From: a virus
Taxonomy: Duplodnaviria > Caudoviricetes
Length of the DNA: 37,171 nucleotides
IMG/VR virus record: IMGVR_UViG_3300032219_001945
Coordinates: 1-37,171 of that record
Reading direction: 5' to 3' (one strand)
The notes beneath the pieces were generated by a model. It ran no database searches and was not told where the DNA came from. It saw nothing but the letters and a program-made list of their open reading frames with translations. The translations under genes were made by a program, and so were the position numbers. The first letter of the stretch is position 1. Every line of letters begins with the position of its first letter. Below, one piece after another: positions 8,199-15,373 of the stretch.

Positions 8199-8426
8199 GT
8201 GAACTACGACACGATCGTAGGAATCCTTACCCGAGCCTCGCTCCAGAACGGCTCCGGGTTCACGATCACGGCTTGCGCCCAGTTCATCCACAGCGTTCAG
8301 CAATTTGAACCGGAGATTACTAACGCTTTTCTGAATTGCATGGCGCACAAGGGTCAACCGACTCCCAGTCGAATCGCCCACGACGTGGAAGAAGCCCTAC
8401 AACCGGTTATTGGGGGTGCGCGATGA
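8199..8426 (+). CDS. Hypothetical protein (75 aa)
   Basis: GGGGTG RBS, GTGA coupling. Confidence 0.55.
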   Translation: MNYDTIVGILTRASLQNGSGFTITACAQFIHSVQQFEPEITNAFLNCMAHKGQPTPSRIAHDVEEALQPVIGGAR

Positions 8427-8569
8427 TCCAGCGTATCTTTGACCGTTACAGCCACTCGCCGATCTTCTGGGCGTTCATCGTCCTGCTTCTGATCGTCTCG
8501 GCTGGAATGGCTGGCACGATGGACCGACAGAACGCCGAAGCACGTGGCGAAACGGGGGTCACGCGATGA
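8423..8569 (+). CDS. Small single-TM membrane protein (48 aa)
   Basis: MIQRIF...PIFWAFIVLLLIVSAGMAG; coupled. Confidence 0.55.
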   Translation: MIQRIFDRYSHSPIFWAFIVLLLIVSAGMAGTMDRQNAEARGETGVTR

Positions 8570-8949
8570 CTTTCGCCGAGATCCAGTTCCACTCTGAACG
8601 GTTGGGCGTAAACCTCACGCCCGCAATCCTCGCCAAGCCCGTTGTGGAATTTGATGAGACGATTGAGGTTGACGGAGGCTACGAGGAGTATTGCGGCCAG
8701 ATGGTTCACATGCCGTCAGATTCCAAGACGATTGGCACCAACGTTATCACCAAAGGCGACCTAGTGGCCCGAGCCGCAAACCGAACCGAGTACCGGGCGT
8801 TGGCTTGCGAAGTGCGCGAGATTGGCCCACGATGCAACGACTGGCAGGAGTTTGTGGATACGACCAAGTATCTGACGTGGCCCGAATACAGGTTGCCGCA
8901 GAAGCCATATCCAGTGAGTGACTGGTGCCCGTTCAAGGAGACGGCATGA
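8566..8949 (+). CDS. Hypothetical protein (127 aa)
   Basis: Coupled ORF with RBS. Confidence 0.6.
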   Translation: MTFAEIQFHSERLGVNLTPAILAKPVVEFDETIEVDGGYEEYCGQMVHMPSDSKTIGTNVITKGDLVARAANRTEYRALACEVREIGPRCNDWQEFVDTTKYLTWPEYRLPQKPYPVSDWCPFKETA

Positions 8950-9065
8950 GCCAGCAAGACTGGCTTTGCCTCGCCCTTGGCATTGCATTTTTCTACCTCG
9001 GGACCAAGGTTCCCGACCATCGACAAAACGACCGAAACGAACTCCGAAAGGACGACAACAAATGA
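8946..9065 (+). CDS. Small hypothetical protein (39 aa) with hydrophobic segment
   Basis: Manually read MSQQDWLCLALGIAFFYLG...; AAGGAG RBS; ATGA overlaps on both sides. Confidence 0.5.
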   Translation: MSQQDWLCLALGIAFFYLGTKVPDHRQNDRNELRKDDNK

Positions 9066-9865
9066 ACAACGAACTAGCAAGCCTTGATAACTCAGACAAG
9101 ATTCTCTCCGTCCTCGTTGACGGCGATCTTGCCAAACTCACCGCCACCGAGCGCGTGAATTACTACAACGCCGTGTGCAGCTCTGTTGGACTGAACCCGC
9201 TCACCAAGCCATTCCAGTTCATCCTCTTGAACGGCAAACTGACGATGTACGCCCTGAAAGGCGCAACTGATCAGCTACGTGCAGTCAACGGCGTGAGCAT
9301 TGACCCGCCCAAGATTGAACGGGCCGACGGTTGGATTACCGTCACTGTCACAGGCGTGGACAAGACCGGCCGCCGCGACTCCGAGATCGGCGTGGTGTCC
9401 GAAAAGGACATGCAGGGCAATTATGCCAACTCGCTGATGAAGGCTGTCACAAAGGCAAAGAGACGCCTTACGCTGGCAATGTGCGGCCTTGGGATGCTTG
9501 ACGAAACGGAAGTTGAAACGATCCCCAACGCAAGGGTAGTTGATGACCGCCCCACCCCGTCTGCGCTACCTGCGAACGCTTCCGAGGGTCTGATCAAGCA
9601 GAACGCAACTCGCATCCGCAAAGACGATTGGAGGTGGGAAGCATCCAAGGTCAAGGAGATGAACAAGGCGATTGCCGACGGGGGCGACGATCCCGCCGAG
9701 GTCATCAATTACGCCTACGAACAGGGAGTCAAAACGCCCGAGCAATTCCAACGGGTTTGGGGCTACTTCCAAGAGGCTGAATGCTCATTCCGTGGCGCGG
9801 TGGATTCACTGTTCGGCACCTACGACCCGACCGACGAAACGATTGATGCGGAGGTGGTGGCGTGA
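9062..9865 (+). CDS. Single-strand annealing recombinase (RecT/Bet-like)
   Basis: ATG at 9062; LAKLT..ERVNYYNAVC..VGLNPLTKPF...MKAVTKAKRRLTLAMCGLG.LDETE is an SSAP-type pattern; located just upstream of ssb. Confidence 0.75.
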   Translation: MNNELASLDNSDKILSVLVDGDLAKLTATERVNYYNAVCSSVGLNPLTKPFQFILLNGKLTMYALKGATDQLRAVNGVSIDPPKIERADGWITVTVTGVDKTGRRDSEIGVVSEKDMQGNYANSLMKAVTKAKRRLTLAMCGLGMLDETEVETIPNARVVDDRPTPSALPANASEGLIKQNATRIRKDDWRWEASKVKEMNKAIADGGDDPAEVINYAYEQGVKTPEQFQRVWGYFQEAECSFRGAVDSLFGTYDPTDETIDAEVVA

Positions 9866-10050
9866 AAGATCTGCGCCAAGAGGAATTAGAGTCTAGCTTG
9901 AGATTTGCCGAAGAGCAATTCCAAAAAGCATTGCAAGGAATCATTGATGCCCGCAATGCCGCAAATGATGCGGAGGAAGAAGTCACAACCGCTCGAAAAG
10001 CATTAAGAAATTACATTATGAACAAGATAAATTCCGAGGTGGTGGCATGA
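9862..10050 (+). CDS. Small coiled-coil hypothetical protein (62 aa)
   Basis: GGAGGTGG RBS; coupled; more AT-rich than the flanks. Confidence 0.6.
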   Translation: MKDLRQEELESSLRFAEEQFQKALQGIIDARNAANDAEEEVTTARKALRNYIMNKINSEVVA

Positions 10051-10451
10051 ACCGCATCATCCTAATCGGTCGCCTTGTCCGCGATGTTGAGAAGCGCACG
10101 ACATCAACCGGCAAGACGTTTGCCACCATCACCGTGGCCGTCCGTAAGAAGATCAAGCCGACGAACCCCGACGAGAAGGATAGTGACTTCTTCAACTGTA
10201 AGGTCTGGGGGCAGTCAGCCGACTATGCCGCCGGTTACCTTGCCAAAGGCTCGCTAGTGAGCTTGGAGGGGCGCATGGAGAGCCGTAAGTACACGGACAG
10301 TACTGGTGCCAATCGAGAAGTGTGGGAAGTAGCGGTAGATCAAGTGAGCGGGTTAGACCGAGCCAACAAAGACAGCACTTCTACCCAAAGCGCAAAAAGC
10401 ACTAACAAGCCATTACAGGAGGACGAGTCGTATGATCCTTTCGCCGAATAA
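10047..10451 (+). CDS. ssb: Single-stranded DNA-binding protein
   Basis: MNRIILIGRLVRDVE.R.T..GK...DFFNCKVWG...YLAKGSLVSLEGRMESRKY; acidic tail EDESYDPFAE. Confidence 0.96.
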   Translation: MNRIILIGRLVRDVEKRTTSTGKTFATITVAVRKKIKPTNPDEKDSDFFNCKVWGQSADYAAGYLAKGSLVSLEGRMESRKYTDSTGANREVWEVAVDQVSGLDRANKDSTSTQSAKSTNKPLQEDESYDPFAE

Positions 10452-10923
10452 AAACCATGCCGAACAAGTTGGTTGCGTCATCCCGTTAACGCAAGGGTTT
10501 AATGCAATTGTTGATGCTGACCAGTATGCGAGTCTATCAAAACACGACTGGTTCAAGCACCCTAACGGCGCGGCAAGATCGGTTAATGGTCGGGCGGTGT
10601 TCATGCATCGTCACATTTTGACTCCTCCGACTGGCTTTCTTGTTGACCACATCAACAGGAATAATTTAGACAATCGAAAATGCAACCTTCGCGTTTGTAC
10701 AGCCGCTCAAAACAACCGAAACGCCAAACGGAGGATTGACAACAAGTCGGGTTACCGAGGCGTTAGTTGGCACAAAGCAACGCGCTCATGGGTAGCTCAA
10801 ATAAGCGTTGGCGGGAAGATTCTTTACCTTGGGAAATTTGATAATCCGGTAGACGCCGCGATTGCATACGATAACTCATGCGTCCGACTTCACGGGGATT
10901 TTGCATCCTTGAATTTTCCTAAA
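10296..10923 (+). mobile_element. Putative homing-endonuclease cassette carrying a replacement ssb 3' end
   Basis: Bounded by homologous segments starting at 10296 and 10924; removing it gives an intact in-frame ssb. The exact boundaries are approximate. Confidence 0.7.
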
Positions 10924-11055
10924 GACAAGGAAGGGCAGAACCGGGAAGTTTGGGAGGTGACGGTAGACCAAGTAAACGGGTTAGACAAGAAGCCCAGCGG
11001 CAATTCGGCACCGGCACCCGCTGCCAACGATGACTCATATGATCCCTTTGAGTGA
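10432..11055 (+). CDS. HNH-AP2 homing endonuclease fused to an SSB C-terminal segment
   Basis: MHRHIL...VDHINRNNLDNRKCNLR (HNH), SGYRGVSW...W.AQI...YLGKF...AAIAYD...HGDFASLNFP (AP2), then DKEGQNREVWEVTVDQVNGLD...DDSYDPFE; GGAGG RBS inside the ssb tail. Confidence 0.92.
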   Translation: MILSPNKNHAEQVGCVIPLTQGFNAIVDADQYASLSKHDWFKHPNGAARSVNGRAVFMHRHILTPPTGFLVDHINRNNLDNRKCNLRVCTAAQNNRNAKRRIDNKSGYRGVSWHKATRSWVAQISVGGKILYLGKFDNPVDAAIAYDNSCVRLHGDFASLNFPKDKEGQNREVWEVTVDQVNGLDKKPSGNSAPAPAANDDSYDPFE

Positions 11056-11112
11056 CATGAACACACAAACCGAAATTAAAACAGCCCGCCGCCTCGGTCG
11101 AGGGGTGAAGTA

Positions 11113-11307
11113 ATGGGAGAAGACCTGAACTTGATTGCGACGGTCAGTTGCCCCAACTGCAAGGCAATCATTGCCGCTATTGAGGAGAAATGGATGACCG
11201 ACGAAGACCGGCTACAACACAAAAACTATCACTTTGCGGGATACAACCTAAACACGTCTACCGGCCCCGTCAAAGTCAGCAAATGCAGTTGTGAGGCGAA
11301 GTCGTGA
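11113..11307 (+). CDS. Small putative Zn-binding protein (64 aa)
   Basis: CPNC...CSC; GAGGGG RBS. Confidence 0.55.
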   Translation: MGEDLNLIATVSCPNCKAIIAAIEEKWMTDEDRLQHKNYHFAGYNLNTSTGPVKVSKCSCEAKS

Positions 11308-11672
11308 GATACCTGCCGCTGTGGAAGCTGATCGCTGATGGCACTTTGCCGGAGGGGGTGGAAATCATTTGTGACACATTGGGAATCCGCGTAAATACCG
11401 AACACGGCAAAGCGTGGGCCGGTGGAGAAGACGCGTCAATCCACCGTTCTGCCGCCATGCTGATTGTGGACGCTTGGGAAAAGCAGGGGAAGATGTTCAC
11501 GCGAAGTTGGGGGATTGGATTTGGTGAAGGCGGTAAAGGCCGCATTGTGGATTATACCTGGTCAGAGGTAAACTCGGGATTGACCGGATCGTATCACCCT
11601 GACGAATTGACGAGTCTGTTGCGATGCCTTGCCCTAGTCGGCGGCGCAACCCAAGACCAGATCGCGGAGTGA
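11304..11672 (+). CDS. Hypothetical protein (122 aa)
   Basis: GAGG RBS, coupled. Confidence 0.6.
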   Translation: MRYLPLWKLIADGTLPEGVEIICDTLGIRVNTEHGKAWAGGEDASIHRSAAMLIVDAWEKQGKMFTRSWGIGFGEGGKGRIVDYTWSEVNSGLTGSYHPDELTSLLRCLALVGGATQDQIAE

Positions 11673-11677
11673 ACGAT

Positions 11678-11905
11678 ATGAACGAAGAACTAACGCAAGA
11701 AGAAAAACAGGCAATTTGGGCGGCCGGTTGGCTGGTAAGCCAAGGAAACCCCATTAGAAAAATACACGGCAAGTGGATGTTGGTTGAGGAAGCTGCTTCA
11801 ACTTTCCCGAATGACGACAATGATCTCGTCAAGTTTGCCACCGATCAAGGCATGGATCTGCCGCCCGAGCTTGTTGGTCCGAAAGATGGAGGCTTGGAGC
11901 GGTGA
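11678..11905 (+). CDS. Hypothetical protein (75 aa)
   Basis: GGAG RBS, ATG at 11678 (MNEELTQEEK...). Confidence 0.6.
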   Translation: MNEELTQEEKQAIWAAGWLVSQGNPIRKIHGKWMLVEEAASTFPNDDNDLVKFATDQGMDLPPELVGPKDGGLER

Positions 11906-12207
11906 AGCTGGGTTGGTATTGGGCGACTCACAGTGAATCAGAAGAGCGCGAAATTGTTCGCGTATCAGTGCGAATGGACTGGAGTTTGGGCGTGTATGAG
12001 ATTGGAACCGGCAGATCAAGCGCGCTGGAAGAGTGGAAAGACTACGTACCCGTCGCATGTGAAGAATCGGCGGCGGCGTTGGAGGCTTTTGACGAGCAAG
12101 AATGGCCCTTCCATTTGAGCGAAGAGAACGCCAAGTTGATTGAAGCCGCTATAGCCAAGAACCGGGAACATTTCGTCAAGGACTGGCCGGGGGAGGGGGA
12201 AGCGTGA
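11902..12207 (+). CDS. Hypothetical protein (101 aa)
   Basis: Coupled; begins MKLGWYW. Confidence 0.6.
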   Translation: MKLGWYWATHSESEEREIVRVSVRMDWSLGVYEIGTGRSSALEEWKDYVPVACEESAAALEAFDEQEWPFHLSEENAKLIEAAIAKNREHFVKDWPGEGEA

Positions 12208-12365
12208 CTCCTCGCGTCTACCAAGTCAAAAACGTCGGCTGGGTCATCGGCACAATCGCGGGGAGGGAAATTCATTACGACGCGAGTGACGTGTACCCAA
12301 GCCAACAGCGGGCCGCCTACGCCCTGCGCCAACGACAAAAGAAGGCTAAGGAAGGGAAGGCTTGA
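12204..12365 (+). CDS. Hypothetical protein (53 aa)
   Basis: Manually read VTPRVYQVKNVGWVIG...KEGKA*; strong RBS; coupled on both sides. Confidence 0.5.
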   Translation: MTPRVYQVKNVGWVIGTIAGREIHYDASDVYPSQQRAAYALRQRQKKAKEGKA

Positions 12366-12625
12366 CCATCACCAAAGTAGTAGGGACCGCCGCCCAGCTT
12401 GAGGCACTTCACCGCGCCCTAGCTGATCGCCAGCTTAATCAGTCGTCTTTGCTTCCCGCGATTGCCGATGCGATTGAACGGGCGGGCGATGGCACCGCCG
12501 AAGTTGATGAACTGGACATCACCGACCGGGGAATCTACATCATGTATTCGGCGTGGGCGGCATTGGGTCACGGTTGCTATCGCAGCCTTGGCAACGCCCA
12601 TACGCGATGCGCTCATACGTGGTAG
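12362..12625 (+). CDS. Hypothetical protein (87 aa)
   Basis: TTG start overlapping the upstream stop. Confidence 0.5.
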   Translation: MTITKVVGTAAQLEALHRALADRQLNQSSLLPAIADAIERAGDGTAEVDELDITDRGIYIMYSAWAALGHGCYRSLGNAHTRCAHTW

Positions 12626-12676
12626 AATCCACTCAATCCCGGCGATGACCGGGACATGAAAGCAATCAGAGTGATG

Positions 12677-12716
12677 GCCCATCGTTTTTTTCAAGTGGAA
12701 CGGTGGGCATTTTTTC
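12677..12716 (+). terminator. Probable intrinsic terminator
   Basis: gcccatcgtt...aacggtgggc stem followed by a T-run. Confidence 0.55.
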
Positions 12717-12730
12717 GCCTATAATCAAGC

Positions 12731-13066
12731 ATGGCAAAGGCTTATCTGATGTGGGAAGGGTGTTGCGTCGAGGAAGAAACGGTAGTCGCGGCGTTCACCG
12801 ACAAAGAAGAAGCCGACGCATGGGCAGCAGAATTTGGCTATTCTGACAACATGCGAAGCGAGTGCGACCTGAATCCCAGCTTTGAGGAAACACGGGCGCA
12901 AATCGCCAAGCAGAAGGCATGGGAGGCTGAATACGAAGCCACCCGCAAGCGACGCGCCGAAACGGAGGCCGCTGAACCAAGGAAGCGTCAGGAAGTGCGA
13001 TGGCATACGCTCAAGCAAGTGACGGGACTAAGCAAGCCGTTTCAAACTCAAGGCTGGAAGATATAG
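12731..13066 (+). CDS. Hypothetical protein (111 aa), likely leaderless stand-alone gene
   Basis: TATAAT at 12720-12725 lies 5 nt before the ATG; no RBS. Confidence 0.65.
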   Translation: MAKAYLMWEGCCVEEETVVAAFTDKEEADAWAAEFGYSDNMRSECDLNPSFEETRAQIAKQKAWEAEYEATRKRRAETEAAEPRKRQEVRWHTLKQVTGLSKPFQTQGWKI

Positions 13067-13176
13067 AAAACCCCACTTCCTCTTTCGATTGGCGGGGTAG
13101 GACTTGGACAAGAACCGAGTCCATTCTACTCTACTGGCAGACATGAGCGATAAAAGGTCCGGTTATCGCTCAAAAC
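13067..13176. terminator. Cluster of hairpins/terminators between convergent operons
   Basis: Three stems: accccac...gcggggt, ggacttgg...ccgagtcc and gagcgataa...ttatcgctc followed by aaaa. Confidence 0.55.
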
Positions 13177-13209
13177 TATGATAATCCGAAGTGGCAGTTG
13201 GGATTATCG

Positions 13210-14430
13210 TCAGTTGTTTTCCATCTTGTACGACCATTCATTCTCGTGGAACGCCCCATCAAAGAAGCTAATCCATTCGGCTTTGAACCGCCGCACCGAG
13301 CCGTCAGAGCTTTGCCGCATCTCAATAATCCACCCGCCGATATGTGCCGCCAATCTCTTTTTCCTCATGAACGGGGACTGATCCATCGTACAGCCCGCTT
13401 GCACCATGTGAATCCCTCGGTAGTACAGATATTCAGCCTTGTGGTAGTGACCTAGAATCAAAACGTTGGGCTTTGTGCCGCCGGTGAGTGAGTTGGCAAT
13501 TTGCTGGGCCGTGTAGCTAACCGCGTAGGCTGAACCGCCGCCGGGATGCATGAGCCTGATGACTGTCTGTCCGTTGTCAGCAGGAATCACCACGTCATGC
13601 TCCATGTAGCCTAGATAGACAAGATCCTCCCGTCCTTCTTCCCGAGCGTAGGACTCTGCCAGCTTCCCGATGTCGATTCCTTCCCGCTGGGTGTACCAAC
13701 CTTCGTGATCGTCGCCCGCAATGAAGTAAGTGGTAATGCCCTCACGCGCAGGGTAGTTCTTGGCGAAGTACCGGCACTGATTTCCCGCCCCGTGAACGTT
13801 CAGGTCTGACTTGTTGAACCGTGCTTCCCCGTCAATCCAGTTGCCCGTGTTGTAGACGGTCGTGATGCCCTCGGCGGCAAATATGTCGTACAGCGCGTTA
13901 TCGACGTCAGGACGGGCGTACCGGCTGCACATATGATTGTCCGAGATGACGCCAAACCGAATGAGTTTGCCGTGGTACTCGTCAAGGTCAATGGGATTGT
14001 GAGGGAAGTGGGAGGATGTGCCGCCTTCGGGTTCGTACTTGCGAACGGTCTGACCGTCAGACTCAATCAGGTACTGCTCGGCCTCGAGCGTTGCGATAGC
14101 TTCGCGAATTGCGCGGGGCGATGAATCGAGCTGGTCCGCGATGGAGTAGATTGTCTGAGGCGAATGGGTCAGTAATCGCCACACCTTTTGAGGCGATACG
14201 GGCGGTGCCTCTTCCTTTGGTGGGATGTACGGCACCGTTGCCGTAGGTCGTATCTGAACAATCTTTTGACTGCGAGTGATCTTGCCGTCGGCGGCGAGCT
14301 GTTTGATCTTGCACGATACGGCATCGTATGAGCGTTTGAGCTGGACGGCGATTTGAGATGCGGTGAGGTCTACGTTGAAATGGTCACAAATGAACTGAAC
14401 TTCGGATTCCTTCCACGGTGATGCTTTCAT
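13210..14430 (-). CDS. Calcineurin-like metallophosphoesterase with two N-terminal HTH domains
   Basis: ISDNH, GNWIDG, GDDHE, HPGGG, GHYH motifs; W..SEVQFI...ASQIAVQLKRSYDAVSCK (Myb/GcrA-like) and TIYSIADQLDSSPRAIREAIATLE (wHTH-like). Confidence 0.85.
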   Translation of the reverse strand: MKASPWKESEVQFICDHFNVDLTASQIAVQLKRSYDAVSCKIKQLAADGKITRSQKIVQIRPTATVPYIPPKEEAPPVSPQKVWRLLTHSPQTIYSIADQLDSSPRAIREAIATLEAEQYLIESDGQTVRKYEPEGGTSSHFPHNPIDLDEYHGKLIRFGVISDNHMCSRYARPDVDNALYDIFAAEGITTVYNTGNWIDGEARFNKSDLNVHGAGNQCRYFAKNYPAREGITTYFIAGDDHEGWYTQREGIDIGKLAESYAREEGREDLVYLGYMEHDVVIPADNGQTVIRLMHPGGGSAYAVSYTAQQIANSLTGGTKPNVLILGHYHKAEYLYYRGIHMVQAGCTMDQSPFMRKKRLAAHIGGWIIEMRQSSDGSVRRFKAEWISFFDGAFHENEWSYKMENN

Positions 14431-14486
14431 AAATCCTCACGCTAGTTGAAGCCACCGCCGAGGCTGAAGCCAGAAACGCCAACCCG

Positions 14487-14666
14487 TCATTGGTCAGCCC
14501 TCTCAAAGATGAACCGCTTGGACACGTGGGACGGCAGGATGAGGTTTAGAACGCCAACCGCATCTTGAGCGTCGTCGTAGTCCCGCTCACTGAGATAGAC
14601 AACAAACGTCGCCGCATTGGTAATGGGCCACGAAAGCCGAACGCCGATTCTAACTCTGATTTTCAT
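14487..14666 (-). CDS. Hypothetical protein (59 aa)
   Basis: Manually read MKIRVRIGVRLSW...FERADQ*; AAGGA RBS. Confidence 0.5.
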   Translation of the reverse strand: MKIRVRIGVRLSWPITNAATFVVYLSERDYDDAQDAVGVLNLILPSHVSKRFIFERADQ

Positions 14667-14829
14667 TGCGTTTCCTTTTTACTCCAAAACTGCTAGGCGA
14701 CAACCACCCAGTAAAAGCCGCCACAATCGCCGCTACGTAGGTTTTGGCCGTCCAAGGCTCTTCCGATAGGGACAGGACGGTAAGCCCCGCAGTGAGGCTC
14801 AAGATGGCTTTGGTGATTTGATACTTCAT
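14650..14829 (-). CDS. Putative holin (59 aa, two hydrophobic segments, basic C-terminus)
   Basis: Manually read MKYQITKAILSLTAGLTVLSL..EPWTAKTYVAAIVAAFTGWL...KRKR. Confidence 0.55.
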   Translation of the reverse strand: MKYQITKAILSLTAGLTVLSLSEEPWTAKTYVAAIVAAFTGWLSPSSFGVKRKRNENQS

Positions 14830-15173
14830 TTGGCTTTTGCCTCTACTGCTTTCAACCGGTCGTCAAATTCTTTCTGCTTGTCGCGAGCCGCTTTGCTCCC
14901 AAACAGGTCAATGGTGTCAACCCGGTTGATCGTCTGGTACAGGGTCGTGAACAGCCACACGAAGCAACCCACGGTGGGAAGCGTGAAGGCAAACACGCCC
15001 GCCCACGCCCGGTTCATCCCTTCTTTGCGGTTGGAGTTGGTGCCTTCCAGCGATGCAAGCCGAAGTTCAATACTGCCAAACCGAGTGTGGTACTCGGTCT
15101 GGATCGTGTCTAACTTGGCTTCAATGCGCTGGAGGGTGACCCGTATCAGTTCGTTTTCGTCAACGGGTGTCAT
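14826..15173 (-). CDS. Coiled-coil plus single-TM protein (holin/XhlA-like, lysis-associated)
   Basis: LQRIEAKLDTI coiled coil followed by AWAGVFAFTLPTVGCFVWLF; located after the tail genes. Confidence 0.55.
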   Translation of the reverse strand: MTPVDENELIRVTLQRIEAKLDTIQTEYHTRFGSIELRLASLEGTNSNRKEGMNRAWAGVFAFTLPTVGCFVWLFTTLYQTINRVDTIDLFGSKAARDKQKEFDDRLKAVEAKAK

Positions 15174-15373
15174 CACACGGACTCCGCAGGGATGAACTTC
15201 TTCCCGTCCCAGCCCCAACCCTTGCTAGGTCCGCCCGGTGCCTCGCGGTCAAACTCGATCACCGCCTCGTACTCAGCCTTGAATACTTCGTCGGCAAATT
15301 CCTGAGTTGCAAGAGCCGTGTTTTCAACGGTCCCGTCCTTGATAAGGGCAAACGCTTTAACTATTCCAGCCAT
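15173..15373 (-). CDS. Small tail-fibre-associated protein (66 aa)
   Basis: FALIKDGTVEN...GWGWDGKKF, a pattern commonly found after glycine-rich fibre genes. Confidence 0.6.
   Translation of the reverse strand: MAGIVKAFALIKDGTVENTALATQEFADEVFKAEYEAVIEFDREAPGGPSKGWGWDGKKFIPAESV

Noticed and set aside
10296-10923. Group I intron or intein in ssb
   Set aside because: The insert is almost entirely coding, supplies its own ssb 3' end and stop codon, is not a multiple of 3, and shows no ribozyme core or intein terminal residues.
10296-11055. Diversity-generating retroelement template/variable repeat pair
   Set aside because: The differences are mostly synonymous and not adenine-specific, and no reverse transcriptase is present.
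12638-12665. Hammerhead ribozyme (GATGA...GAAA)
   Set aside because: It lacks the CUGANGA core and a stem II between the two motifs.
14437-14490. IS200/IS605-like end (ggcttcagcc) or 17-aa peptide
   Set aside because: No proper subterminal palindrome and no transposase or TnpB; too short to support.
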